Shown: piece after piece, positions 35,901 to 48,494 of the stretch
Numbering within the stretch: position 1 is the first letter of the stretch
Layout of the letters: each line of letters opens with the position of its first letter
DNA from: Oculina patagonica
Taxonomy: Eukaryota
Assembly: GCF_052425735.1 (NCBI RefSeq)
Contig: NC_135765.1
Span: 11,780,001 to 11,844,000 of the forward strand
Direction of reading: 5' to 3'
DNA: 64,000 bases
The notes under the pieces: generated by a model
What the model saw: the letters and a program-made list of their open reading frames with translations, nothing else
What the model was told of the DNA's origin: nothing
The model's database searches: none
Position numbers and translations under genes: made by a program

Positions 35901-38900
35901 AAAGTATGTTATTTCTACCTGTAGTACCGTCTCCGCAATATTGAAGATCACAGTACGAGGTCGGTGGCAGTCGATAGACGTAAAAACCGTTACATTTCTT
36001 CACCTTGGAAGGCATGTACCATTCGCAACACGAGCCCATAAAATTGAAGCAAACTCTGCCGGTGGAAACTTCACCAACCTCCTTTGGATGGGACCCATGG
36101 AACCAACCCGGGGAATGTGTGCCACAGTAGCCTGACTTGACACAGGAGTCCGGCATTCTGAGTCCAGCTCCTCCTTTAAATCTGTACCAACCCAGGGCTA
36201 AGTTTCTGTCGCATTGAACAAGGTTTAAGCCTGCTATTTTGTGGAATTGGGAGCGACTTGAATCTCGTAGTTCTTTGTAAGAAACGCATGGATCATCGTC
36301 TGTGAGAGAAAATAATGTGAAATTAAAATCGTAAGTTAAGCTGAAGTTTAATAAGTGCTTGAAATGCACCACAAGCTCAAGAAAAAGCAAACAACCAAAC
36401 AAACAAACCAAGAAAAAAAAGCAAACTTAAAGTTCGCGAATAAAACGGGTTGAAACGTGAACTGTCCCTTGCTCACTTATAAGTTAAGCAACGAAGTTTG
36501 CTTCTATAGTGCGAGTGTTCTCAATCATGAGTTAAAAGGAGTGTACACATTCTATAGGAAAGATAGAAAATGAAACAGATTGTTTTTTGGAGGGGGTAAT
36601 GGGGGGGGGGGGGGGGATTGCAAAGAAAAAACGCCCAAGAATCGAAGAATCAAGGTCGCCATCCTCTTTTTGCCAATAATTCAAAACAAATACCTAGCAT
36701 TTGTCTTGCAAAAAAGTCGTTAAATGTTTTGTGGTCATTTTGCTAAAATCAGCCGCTGTGTTAGGCGTCAATTAATCGTTCAAACCACGCCTAGCGTTGT
36801 TTGGTTTCTTCACAGACTTTGCTTGTCAGTATGTCTAAAGAGCCTTTTAATTATTGAGCATTTTTAATTTTTTGTTTAAAGAGAACACATGGTGGGCCAC
36901 ATGGTGGCTCTGATTACTTTGTTGGGAATCAAAAGGAAAACAAAATTCTGCTGGATCATTAATGCATGATGTGAAATATTTTGCTATTAAAATTGGAAAT
37001 GAGGTTTGTTAGGTGTAATTCAGTGTAAATGTCAGGATTTTTATTATTTTGCTGAAGCACGATGAGCTTAAATTTAATTCTCAGGCGTAATTTTATCATT
37101 TTATGTGTTCTGTTAAGCGCAGCAACACACGATCAGTTTGTGTCTGTTTTTTAACTTCAAATACACAAGCTTAATCTGATCAATATTTTATGACTTTTGC
37201 ATTTTACATTAACATGAACTTTTATATTTTTTCGACAATTACAGCTAGCGCAGCAAGAAACATTCGTCAAAATCTGCAAAAAGAAACATCACATTTTTGA
37301 TATTTTTTAGCTGAACGCCGGGACGCCTCATTCTTTTTTCTTTAAAAGTAAGCAATTTTTTCCGCTGTGTTATAACCCCAACTGAATAACAGAAATAGCT
37401 TGGTGACGCTTTGCTCTTTTTAGTTCGCCGCAGTTAATGTACTAACGTTAACAAATAGCTAATCATACACAGTTATTACATGACTATTTGTAAGACAGCT
37501 CAGGGGGTCAATAACTACGATCGGGCAATGATCAAGATGCTTTGTTCATTTACCGGTCCAGTATTTCTAATTATTGTGCCGGGTGAAGTTTCTACAACTG
37601 TTTCGAACTCTTACTCAATTTGTATTTGTTAATTTAGTTCCTTTTCCCCATGTGGGAGATTGGGCCAGAAACGTAATTGCTATACCTTATTATAGGTGAA
37701 ATTAACGTGAATTCTCAAAATTTTAGTTAATTTAAGTCGCGTTTTTTTGTGAGCATTAATTTCCGTGACATTATTTCAGTTAAGCGTTTATTTTCAAGAT
37801 CTTAATTCCATTCCAAATACTGGATACTTTGCAAACACATATAGGAACTAAGAAACATTATCCTTCCCTTTTCTGTACAATTAATTTTCAGTCTTCACAA
37901 TCTAAAAGCCTTGAAGATATGTACATTTGCAATATTTCCAGGTTGTTCTTGCTTTCATAAGAGCGGTACAGCAGCCAAAATATCTTTAGAGACAACAAAA
38001 ATCGCGTTAATTTTCCTCATTTTGAAAATGTCCTATCCCTCGCGTTAAATTTCCTTTCTTCAAAAGAAATTTTCCCTCAAATTCGTGTTAATTTAAGTCG
38101 CGCAACTTAGACCTTAATTTAGGGAAACGTTAATTTCCTATATTGATGAGGTAACACTTCACATCAAAGCCTTCTCCGGTCGTACTGGGAAGTCATCTGC
38201 CCTCGGTGTTGAGATTATATGTATTTAGTTCTTATTAACCGAACAGGAGGTCTGTATTGGAGAATCTTGACCGAGGTCGTGAGTACAGACCGACTAAGCT
38301 CTAACATTTTTCAATGTTTGAACAAGGTGCATGTATACATTGCAAAAATTCATCGGCAAACAAAGTGCACAATACCACGAAGCACTCTTTATGTTACATT
38401 TCGCTCCCAAGGGTAAATAAAGTTATCTGACAAAGTAACAAGCAAGCCGTGTGTAAACAGTTATTTCCAAAGGCACTGTTCGGACTTTTTCACGTAAACG
38501 ATCACCTTCACGAAACGACGAATTTCCTTACAACTATCAAATTCAAATTCTTTGGTCGCAAACCGCAAAATTTATCGCGAACATTAAATTCAGACGAAAT
38601 TAGCGTTCGAAAATCTTCAGTACAACAGCCGTCAAACTGCCAACAACGTGCCTGGTTTTGAATAGTTATAAGTAATATTAATACTCCTTTACAGAAAATG
38701 GTAATCAAACTGTTTTGGTGCACATCCACATTTTGCCAGACAGCCAAACAGAACAGACAGCTTGTTGGGCAGTCAAAAATCATCGACTAAATCTCACATT
38801 CGGAGCGGTTAGGATCAGTAACAAATACTTTGCTTTTGTATGTACTTTGTACATACCTACTTTGAGCATGTATGTACGTATTGAACACTACATGAAACGA

Positions 38901-39605
38901 AAAGCAGCGATGTTCCCTTTCAATAAAATTCGGGGCGGAGACCACTGAAGTGAGACAAAACATCATAAACAGCGCGCTAGGGTGCGAAAACCCCGATTGC
39001 GTCCAGTCGAGCAATTAATAATGAAAAGAGTTTTTCAAACAGTTATTTTGAAGTGGTACAAACAATTATTTTGATTTGAATATTCGAAACGTTTTACAGA
39101 ACTCTGAGTCAATTTTCCTAAACTGACTCGGGTCAGTTATATTCACTATCTGTTTATAGCCACTTTGTGTTAAACGATGACACTCTCTTTATTCTAACGC
39201 AGTCACTGCGACAAGTTTCAAAGCGATGAATGTTATACAAGGGTTACTTATATTTATCATAAACATAATCGTGGGGTCAGAAAAGCGTAGAATACCTCTT
39301 CGTTTTGAATCGTTTAAAATTCTAAGTACTCAGTAATAAGTGACTCTAACGAACATTTTACTTTAACATTAGCTCACTTCAGCAATGTAGTTTTTCTCTA
39401 GAGAATATCACCATTTTACACAGTCACGTTTTAGACATTTGAATTAAAATTCAAATGTATCGAGTGCATTAAGGCCTGCTCGTGAATTACCATGTAATAT
39501 AAAGCAATATTTGTGTAATTTTTTTGATTGAAACGTTTCGTTACCTGAAGTGGAAGCGGACAAGACAAGAAGCGACAGCACAATTCCTAAGAACGACAGA
39601 AACAT
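29951..39605 (-). CDS. Type I membrane ZP-domain protein: signal peptide - D8C (uromodulin/GP2/OIT3-type) - CUB - Thr/Pro linker - ZP-N - ZP-C - furin site - TM
   Basis: Exons 39605-39545 (MFLSFLGIVLSLLVLSASTS), 36299-35919 (CDRNLALGWYRFKG..MPDSCV...CGTHSPGW), 34805-34446 (SSPNFPRQYPNSLQCTWRI, CUB), 34061-33996, 33367-32990 (ZP-N), 31627-31402 and 30811-30546 (ZP-C, KKRKR), 30135-29951 (TM, stop). All introns are GT-AG with consistent phases. Confidence 0.9.
32209..32624. mobile_element. Kolobok-like MITE
   Basis: AGGGACACTGTCAC...GTGACAGTGACCCT|TTAA; the left flank reads TGAA. Confidence 0.6.
33452..33798. mobile_element. MITE with CCCGGGGG termini and ~8-bp TSD (related copy at ~28810-29200)
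   Basis: CCCGGGGG...CCCCCGGG flanked by AAAAAATA/AAAAAGTA. Shares TGTCAAAATGGT.TATAAAAGGGTAAGGG with the 28.8-kb copy. Confidence 0.7.
34811..35025 (-). mobile_element. 3' end of a LINE-type retroelement with AATAAA and (TATC)n tail
   Basis: Minus strand ...ATTAATAAAGTTTATCTATCTATCTA; possible TGGT TSD at 34807-34810 and 35026-35029. Confidence 0.55.
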
Positions 39606-42600
39606 TCCTCCTCCGTGTTGTTTGACAGCAGCAAATGTTGAAGTGTTGACCTTCAGTAGCCCGTCACAACAGCAGGCGGTTGTTGCTTTTATGCAGATTT
39701 CGTGCTTGGCAGGTTTTTTGAATTGTAATTAGTTTATTAGTCAATTCAGCGCCATGTGTCATCATAATGTTTAATTTCTCGCAAGTGCTTTTCTTCTTGA
39801 CGGAAAATGGCGTGACTTTGAATTGTGACTAGCTGACTAAAAAAAAACAGTCTGTTTGTGATGGGAGTAACGGTTTCAAATGAAAATTAAAAGTTATCAA
39901 TCCATTTAGCATTACCAATTGTTATCTGTCTAGATTTCCATTAAAAAAATACCCTTAAGCGTGAATCAATTTATAAACGTACTGTTGTTTTTAAAACAAA
40001 ATAAGTGTGTCGAGGGAAACTGGAAACGACTATGAAACATCGGTTTGATAGTTGTGATTTACATTTAAAATAAATCAAAGCCTAGAAAAATACAGTCAAA
40101 TTACGGTCAAAGCCTTGAGATTCTACTGAGACCTACAAATGGTAAAAGAGTGTGCACATGAAGTAAACCAGTGCCACTTGATGCAAAGAAAGCATTGTGG
40201 CCACAAACATTCAATGCTCACGAGTGCATGTTTGCAACTGAAATATCTTGTATGTACACGAGATAATTTTTCTTGCAACTTCCAACACAGCGAACGTTGC
40301 ATGGCCAATTGGCCAAAATATTTCACGTGCAACACCCATTTTTGCAACCTACAATGCAACGTTATAAAAATATTGCGTTGAGTGGTTGCAAGTAAAGTAG
40401 CCTATCCTCTACATTAAACTTTGTTTCACAACGTTGCAAGACGTATTTTTTTAAAAACTTCGGCTCCAAATGAACTTTGTCTCCTCATTGAAGTAACGTC
40501 ATTAACGGGGCTCTTCTTTCCCCTAATCTATTTTAGAGAAAGCTCAGAGTACTTATATCTAGCGAACTGACTTGGATTGGTTATGCCAAAAAAGCTGCAA
40601 GTTAAAGTCAAATGAAACTTGGTCTAGGCTACTTGTAGTCGGTCTTTTCTCTTTGGGTCCCACGAGCGCTGTTATATAACCGGGAAATCGAATCGCAAAT
40701 AGGCGATATGGACGTCCCAATGTCTCCTAGCGCGTCTCAAACCCTCGCGTCGCACCCCCTTCATGAATTTCGAGAGAAAAATGGACTGCAGGCAAGCAGT
40801 CGATACTTGGTCAATTTTGTTTTGCAAAAGATCTTTGTGGACGCCGGCGTTCCTTGAACATCTTCATTAACATATATTTCCCGGAAGTTAAGTCTGAGAA
40901 CCTGACTTATAGATGCGATAGAATGATAGCTATTGTTCCATTTAGCAACTGTGAAAATTGTAAAAGAAATGCGTCTAATTTTGAACGAGATATTTCTATT
41001 TAAAAAACGTCATTTTTTACAGAATTTGATTGCTGGGTGGCAAGAGTTTCCAGGGTACCACGGTGCCATACAAATGTTTGAGCTGTCGACAATGTTGCAA
41101 ATTTGGAATTTTTGGAATAATTTTCCACCCATCTCATTTAAAACGTGATCGCAAGATAACGAAATTTTGCAAGTGCTTTCTAGAATACAGTGAAATCCTG
41201 ATTTCTGGAACATCTAAGGGAAACAGAAAATTAGTTCGAGAGAATGGGGGGGGGGGGGGGGGGGGGTTGTGGTGTTTGACTGAGTGAAGCAAATCCAAGG
41301 GAAACGTCTTTTGGTTCGAGTTATCGAGAGGCTCGAGAAATCGGGATTCTTCTGTATTCTAGAAGTAAGCAATGACGTCAACGGAGATCACTAGACTCTT
41401 CAAGAGACTTGTTTAGCCTGGATCTGAGCACGCCACTCAAGTCTGATCGCCTTCCGGAATGGATCCTATCTAAACACTCGACAGGGTTCAACTTGGCAAA
41501 TGTTCGATTAACACGAATAAGAGATTTTCGCCAGTTGTGGATTACACATATTGAAGAGGCTACACTGGAAATAATCGTCAACATCAAAACGTGAATTGGC
41601 AAGAATAAGGTATTTTATAGTATTGCACAAGGCATCTCGGTCCGCGTGAAAAACCCAGACGTTAAGTGGATAAATTTGCCTGTTAGCATATGTTATGTAC
41701 CTCATAGTGATCAAATCAAATGCAGGTTATATGCTTTGTCGCACTTATTTTCCGTTTCAAGTCAGCCATGCACGTTCAAAAGTTTTTTCTTTCTATAACT
41801 ATACTTGATTCATTTGACAAGCTCCCAGTGGCTCTAAGAAGTGGCGGAGCTTTATTGCACCGTATTCTCGGTTGCAATCCCTCTGGCCTTGAGAGCATGA
41901 GTGTTTTACTCGTTTTCCTTAACTTTCAGTTGCCACAAAAATACCTAAGTCCTCTTTCTCTCCAACTCTGTAAATTACAGTGCACATGTTTAATTCAGTT
42001 CACATGTTTATCACGATCATATGGTCATCAATTCAACTGAACAAAATAAGCATGTTTCCTTTAAAGCCTTTACTTATTTTTTCAAGTCAGTTTTAGAATG
42101 ACTCAATAATAACGCATGATCATTCCTTTAAACAGTTATGTTGCAATTTTCGCGCAAAATAAACTAAGGACGGTGATTTCGTTTTGTTTCAGTTTTGGAA
42201 TGACTTCATGCACGTAAAACTTACTATACTGTCCTTTTGTGTTTTAGATTAGGAATCAGCAGTAACTACATGAAAAGCAAAGCCAAAAGGGCTAAAGATA
42301 AATTACTGCCTTTTTGCGGGAACAGTGACGAAAGTAAGCATATAACTGTGTCGAGCCTTGATGTTTTAAAAAAGCGCAAGGATGTCGAAAAAATCTTGTT
42401 ACATGGTGAAATAATGGAAAAATGTGCTAATAATTATTCAAGGAAGTTATAGCTGATTGTTTCCGTATTGAAAATTTTATACAGGTCAAAACAATTTTCA
42501 TCTTTTATTAGTGATCACAAGTTGAACTTGCGTAGACTTGCGTCGGGTGGCCAAACGGACTCGCAAGTTTACTCGCAAGTGCATGCAAGTTGGCAAAAAA

Positions 42601-44928
42601 GCCACTTCAATATGTTACTGCGCGCCCTGCAATTCAGTACTTGAAGTAAACAGCAAGATTTGCGTTGACTTGCATTGGCTGGCAAAACGGTGAAAAACTT
42701 GCGTTAACTTGCGTGCAAATTTGATCTCGACCAGATCAACGCAAGTGCACGCAAGTCCTATCCAAACGGGAACGCAAGTACACGCAAGTTTTAAACTTGC
42801 GTGTACTTGCGTCTCCGTTTGGCCAGGCCTTTAAAATGTAACACTTGAATTCATTGCTGCGCAGTTTGGCTGCTAGAGTCATTCGTCTAAAATAAGGTAG
42901 CCTTTGAATCACCTAAGATTTCCATAATCTCATGTAATAATAATTATTTTATTATGTTTAATTTTACTCAGATGCAATATTACCTTCTCAAACTCATTAA
43001 TAACCGTGAAGGGGGTTTGGATACCCGGTCTTAACTAGCATAGATTTTAACTATTTTAATTTATTTCTCCGTTTTCTCTGTAATTTTTGTTTCGATGGAG
43101 AAGATATATCAAATATTTGAGACTGTTTCATCGGCTATCCAAACACCTCGAATTTCGTTTAAAATACTCCGCTGGGTGTCGTCTTTTCAATTTTCTTCTC
43201 GATGTATGGATATTCCGATGAAACGCTGCGCCTCTCGTGTTTAGTATGTTACATGAAAAATAATAGTAAAATGTTACATAGTAAAACTTGCGGTTCACAC
43301 CGCTTTGATCTTAGTCGAAAAGCAAACGATATAGCTGATAGCAAAGGAAAATCTGAAGTGGACGTTACTCGTTTTATATGAAGAAGAGAAATCACAGGCT
43401 GTTTTCTTTTGTTAAACTGGAAACAGAAATATAGCTTATCACTTCCTGGTTTCTTAATGGCAGAAACGCGTGCGAAGAATCGTCCACACATTGTTTATAT
43501 AGTAAATCCTCACGAATGATCGAAATTCACGCTGTTAAGAATAGTAATTAAATAGCTGGGTCAATTGAAAGCTTCAAGCAGCAATTATTAGTAAACATTC
43601 GTTTTTTCTTCCGCAGTTTTTCTTCTTCTGTATTTTGGAAGAATAATTGAACCCAAAGTAATGTTATTGGTCAGTATTGAATCAAACGTGTGGCGACGTT
43701 TAAAAAACAGGACTTGGCTACTTACTGAATCGCTGCAGTAGGATTCAATTACGTGTCCAATATGCCATTACGTTTGTTTCTTACAAACAATGGATCTGAA
43801 AGAGCTAGTAATTTTTGCTGTTTACTATGAATACCAATTAGATCTTTTACACCAAAATATACTCCAACATTTTTTCATCTCATTAAAACAGCAAATTTTG
43901 ATTGAATACATAACAATTCAATATACGCCACATAACCATTCTTGTAAACTCGGCCTGTTATTTGGCATTTTCGTGAGGTGGATATCATGATTTATTTTTG
44001 CGTGACTTGCACGCTATTGCCTCTCGCAAATTAAACTGATTTATTCAAAGCATTACCTCCTGCAGAAGACGATAACACGAAATCGTGTTATTTGAGCATT
44101 TCATAGCCTTTTTTTTCGATAACATTTTTGCAGCTTCCTTGATGTTTCATTGCGTGCGTTGACCCAATAGTTAAGAACAGTTTTAGCAAAGCAATAAAGG
44201 AAATGGATAAAAAAACATTAACAGTTTCGATAGCGCAAAACATGCCTTTAGCTGGTGTTGAATTCGAACAACTAGTGTAATAAATATCTTGAAAACAAAC
44301 TTACAAGATGACATTTTTTAGGTCAAGCGCGACAGTGAGATGCAGCCTACTTGATGTGTCTGCAACAGCCGTTTTGTAATGTTGATCTAAAACAAATATT
44401 TCAATTCAGTTTAGGTTTAAGGAAGTCTATAGCTTGCTCCTTGTTAGCTTCATACGTGTCAAATGAAAAAGAGTGATAAGTTTACGCCATACATGCGAGT
44501 GAAGAGTAAAGTTTGGAAACGAGCAGGACATGCAATTGAGGCCGGATACTGCAGAACGATCCGTGCCGTGTTTTCAACAGAATCAGAATTTAAATGCTAT
44601 AACTTCCTGTGTTAGTGTAAAGCAAAGTGTTTGCGAGATGTGCTAATCAGCCGTCTGTCGTTTCAGCCAATAGGAAGCAAGTCTGCCTTCTGCTGTTTCT
44701 GCCGTCTGTCGTTTAAGCCACTAGGAAGCAAGCTGTCATCAGATCCACAAACGCCCTTGAGGATTTCCCAGTTTAATTAAAGTTACCTTTTGTTTTTCTT
44801 TCAGCGAGGGGCGATGTTTATAGAAGTCGTTTTTCGTCCACGTAGTTGATTTCCATCCATCTGATGGCTTTAACACTGGATGTTTATCACATCTACATGA
44901 AATAAGGAACCAGTTACATCGCTTAAAT

Positions 44929-45933
44929 ATGCAATTTACAAATGGAGTAAGCTCAAGCTTGCCGAATGGCACAAGCAACACTTCAAATTCACTACCCTTA
45001 GCGTCAACTGACGAAGATCATGACTTAGCTGCTGAGTTGAAGTCAAGATCTACTTCACTGATAGTCGTAGAATCGCTGTTTTTACTTCTAATCGATTCTG
45101 TGGCGTTTTTTGGAAATGCCTTGGTCTGCTTTGCGTTTTACAGAAATTCCAGGCTGCGGATAATTCCAAATTATTACATCATCTCGCTAGCGTTGACAGA
45201 TCTTCTGACTTCAGTTTTTTCTCTGCCATTTTCGGTTGGATCTTTGATAGCAGGCAGGTGGCCTTTCAATGATTGGACTTGCCGACTTCAAGGCTATTGT
45301 GTCTTCGCTTTTAGCATCGCATCTTTGCATACAATGGCGCTTACGGCGTGTAATAGATACATTCGGGTCGTTCACTTTCATCTTTATCATAAGCTATACA
45401 CCCCGAAGCTAACAATCGCTACCGTTCTCCTTATTTGGACATGGGCTCTTATCTGCAGCGCTCTTCCGTTTATCCTCGGTATTTCAACTTTCGTTTTCCA
45501 TCCGGGCACCGTCATTTGTTACAGCTCTCCGTCATTTACGCCAGCATCAATTGTCCTTTTCACCACGACGCTTACAATAAACATACCAGCTCCTATGGGC
45601 GTAGTTATTATTCTGTACCATAAAGTTTTCCGAGCCATACGACATCAGCGTCTTAAGAGTTCAACCCAAAGAAGAGTTAGCACGAGTGTCGAGGAGATAA
45701 GACTTGCTAAGTTGCTTTTCACGGTATCTCTTGGGTTTTGTCTGTGTTGGGGTCCTGTAATGGCCGTGGAGTGCATTCGGTTTATTGGCGTGTGGACTGT
45801 ACCGCGACAAGTGTATCTTATTAGCACGTACTTCGGAGCCACCAGCAGCGCCATCAACGTTTTCATATATGGAGTTATGAACAAAGCGTTTCGCGTTGAG
45901 TTTGTCAAGATTTTGTGCTGCAACAGAAGTTGA
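44929..45933 (+). CDS. Class A (rhodopsin-like) GPCR, melatonin-receptor-like, intronless CDS
   Basis: 334-aa ORF with seven hydrophobic helices, N-glycosylation sites in the N-terminus, GN (TM1), SLALTD (TM2), WPF..WTC, NRY in place of DRY, CWGP (TM6) and NVFIY (TM7). Confidence 0.92.
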   Translation: MQFTNGVSSSLPNGTSNTSNSLPLASTDEDHDLAAELKSRSTSLIVVESLFLLLIDSVAFFGNALVCFAFYRNSRLRIIPNYYIISLALTDLLTSVFSLPFSVGSLIAGRWPFNDWTCRLQGYCVFAFSIASLHTMALTACNRYIRVVHFHLYHKLYTPKLTIATVLLIWTWALICSALPFILGISTFVFHPGTVICYSSPSFTPASIVLFTTTLTINIPAPMGVVIILYHKVFRAIRHQRLKSSTQRRVSTSVEEIRLAKLLFTVSLGFCLCWGPVMAVECIRFIGVWTVPRQVYLISTYFGATSSAINVFIYGVMNKAFRVEFVKILCCNRS

Positions 45934-48494
45934 CTGTTCATATGTTGTGCTGCACATAAGGGAGGCGTTGTGACCTAAGAACACTTTTATTTTTCAGTTG
46001 GAGATGATGATGACGATGATGACGATGATGTAGTGGAGCACCGTATGAAGGCGTTGGACTCATTGAACGAGAATTCCTGCAGATTGAAGCCCTGGGCAGG
46101 GTTATTGCGTGGTATTCTTGGGTAAGCCACTTTACCCAAACCGATGACACCCCTTCACCCTGGAGTATGCTACACTAGTATAGTTTGTGGCTGGAACTTG
46201 GACCACACACATCCCGAAAGGCCACTACGCCTGCCAATATGTGCGAACGTTACTGGAAAAAAATATCAGTTGGAGGTGTTATGATATAATGGTGATGTTG
46301 AAACTTTGTTTATGCCACCAATTTTATCCGCCTGTACTTTTTTGGAGTCCTGTTTTGGTAGACATCTTTAGCCATTCGGTTTTGTAATATTTTCACCCTG
46401 GTTATACGTGCATTAGGAGATCAAGAATTAAGCTTTTGGGGGCTATCATTGTCCAATGAGAAGGTTTTTGGTGAACCCTATTTTTGCTAACTTCGCTTAC
46501 TACCTTTGTTTGCGTTGTAATTTTAAATTTTAGAACCGTTATATCTCCCATAATTGCACTGGCAGTGAAGAAGACGGATGGTACTCGTAGAAATATTGGC
46601 ATATTGCCGTAGTACCAGCACTGCATTTTAATTGTTTTTTCTACACGTTACAGTAACGTCTGCATGGTACGAGCATTTTTATAAAAGGAGATCTCGCAGC
46701 AGTAGGTGACTGGTCACTACTGAATTTTATTCTGCGTTGTTTGGTTCCCTGAATTCAAACGTTTCACGTTTTTTTACTGTTTATGATCATTTCTCCCCCT
46801 CCCCCCTCCCCGCTCGCGCCCCCCGCCCAACTCCCGCGATATTATACGTGTAACCTAACGTCTGTTAAGTCACACTTATAAAAGCGTACCAGTATAACAA
46901 TGAAAAATCAATGTACTCGTCCGATCACTGATCAAATGAAAACTACATAACCAGCAAAAATGATTCAAGGCTCGATTTCTAGCCGCTGTTCGGGGAATGA
47001 GCGAGAGAGCGGCGGAAATCGAGCCAAAGATAATTCCTAAGCATTAGAAAGCTCGCATAAGCTTTAGGAAACAAAATCTGAGAAAAGAGATAAATTAAAA
47101 GTAAAGATTTAAATAGTTAAATATACAAACTGATAATTTTCTTTTATGTTTTATTTCAAATCTTTAATATATAACGGTCATTTTATGTTTGTATTCATTA
47201 TTCTCTATCAAGTTTATTTTTGTTTACAATCAGTAGGAAGTCCCCCCATTCCACTCTTGACTTTGCTGAAAAATGCCCCCTTCCCTTATTCGGGCAAACT
47301 AAAATGGGGCCAACGTTCACCCTAGGTCCCCATTTTTTTTAGCAAGACAGAATCAATATTCTTTCAATCCCTTCTTTTCTTTTCGGGCACCTCTGGATTC
47401 GTGACTGGCAATCAATAAAGTATATGTTGCGAATAAATAAGTCAAAGCGATGTATTATACTGTCATTAAACACAGCGAGGATTGGAAAAAATGAAAAGAT
47501 TTGACGCACACGAAAGAGAAAACCAATTTTATGTCTTCTATAATATTTGAACCAATTTTTCTAGCCAATCAGAGCACGTACAAAATTCAAACTGTATTAA
47601 TATGGCAACAAATTGAAGTTATTTTTTATGCATCTTTCCTCTTATTGATGATGAATTTCTTCACAACATTGTCTAAGTAGCTGTGGATTTTCCTGGACAT
47701 ACAATTATCCTTCGTACAATTACATGATTTAACGATATAAAAGGGCGATGAGTTATAAACTTTGAAAAATGGTCCACTTCACTTCCGTTCTGTCTCTAAA
47801 ATTATCCTTTTTTGCGGGGCGGAGATCACACTGACAAATGAATCAACAAGCAATCAAGCCCTTCTTTCCTCTTAGCATTAGCGAAGTCAAGGTTTCGATC
47901 TAAAGGGGGGACTAAACGTAAATTTGACTGAAATTTATAGTAATTTAGAAAAGTAATAAAAGGAAGAAAATTATTTTTGGAACATCAACAGACAGTTGAC
48001 CCCCACGCAAGAGCCCTCCAGGTTGTCAGGGGGACTGTCTGGTGTCCGTCTATCAATTTTTAACTCCATATTCTAATTTTAAAATCCCCTTAAATCTCCA
48101 TTTTTTCTTATTTCTCTAAATTTTACTAATCCTTTAAGAAAAACGATCTCCTTCCAAAAATCTCCAAAAATCACCCAAATATTTACCCAACACCGCTAAA
48201 CATAGATTTATCAGACGAGCGTAGGGTTTTTGCATTGCTTAAAAAGCGAACGAGATATTTCCAAAATACTAATGTAAAGCGGCAGAAAAAGAACCTTTAT
48301 GTTAAGTCCCGCCTTATTCCCAGCCTCCAACGCAGACGCTTTTTTTGGCTCGTCACGCAATCTTATTGCGTGACGTGCCAAAAGAACGTCTGCGTAGGAG
48401 GCTATCAATCCATTATAGGAAATTAATTGCCTGATTGGCTCATTAATTGGTCAATTAATTAAAACTGAATTGCGTTATTACACGTGCAACAAAA

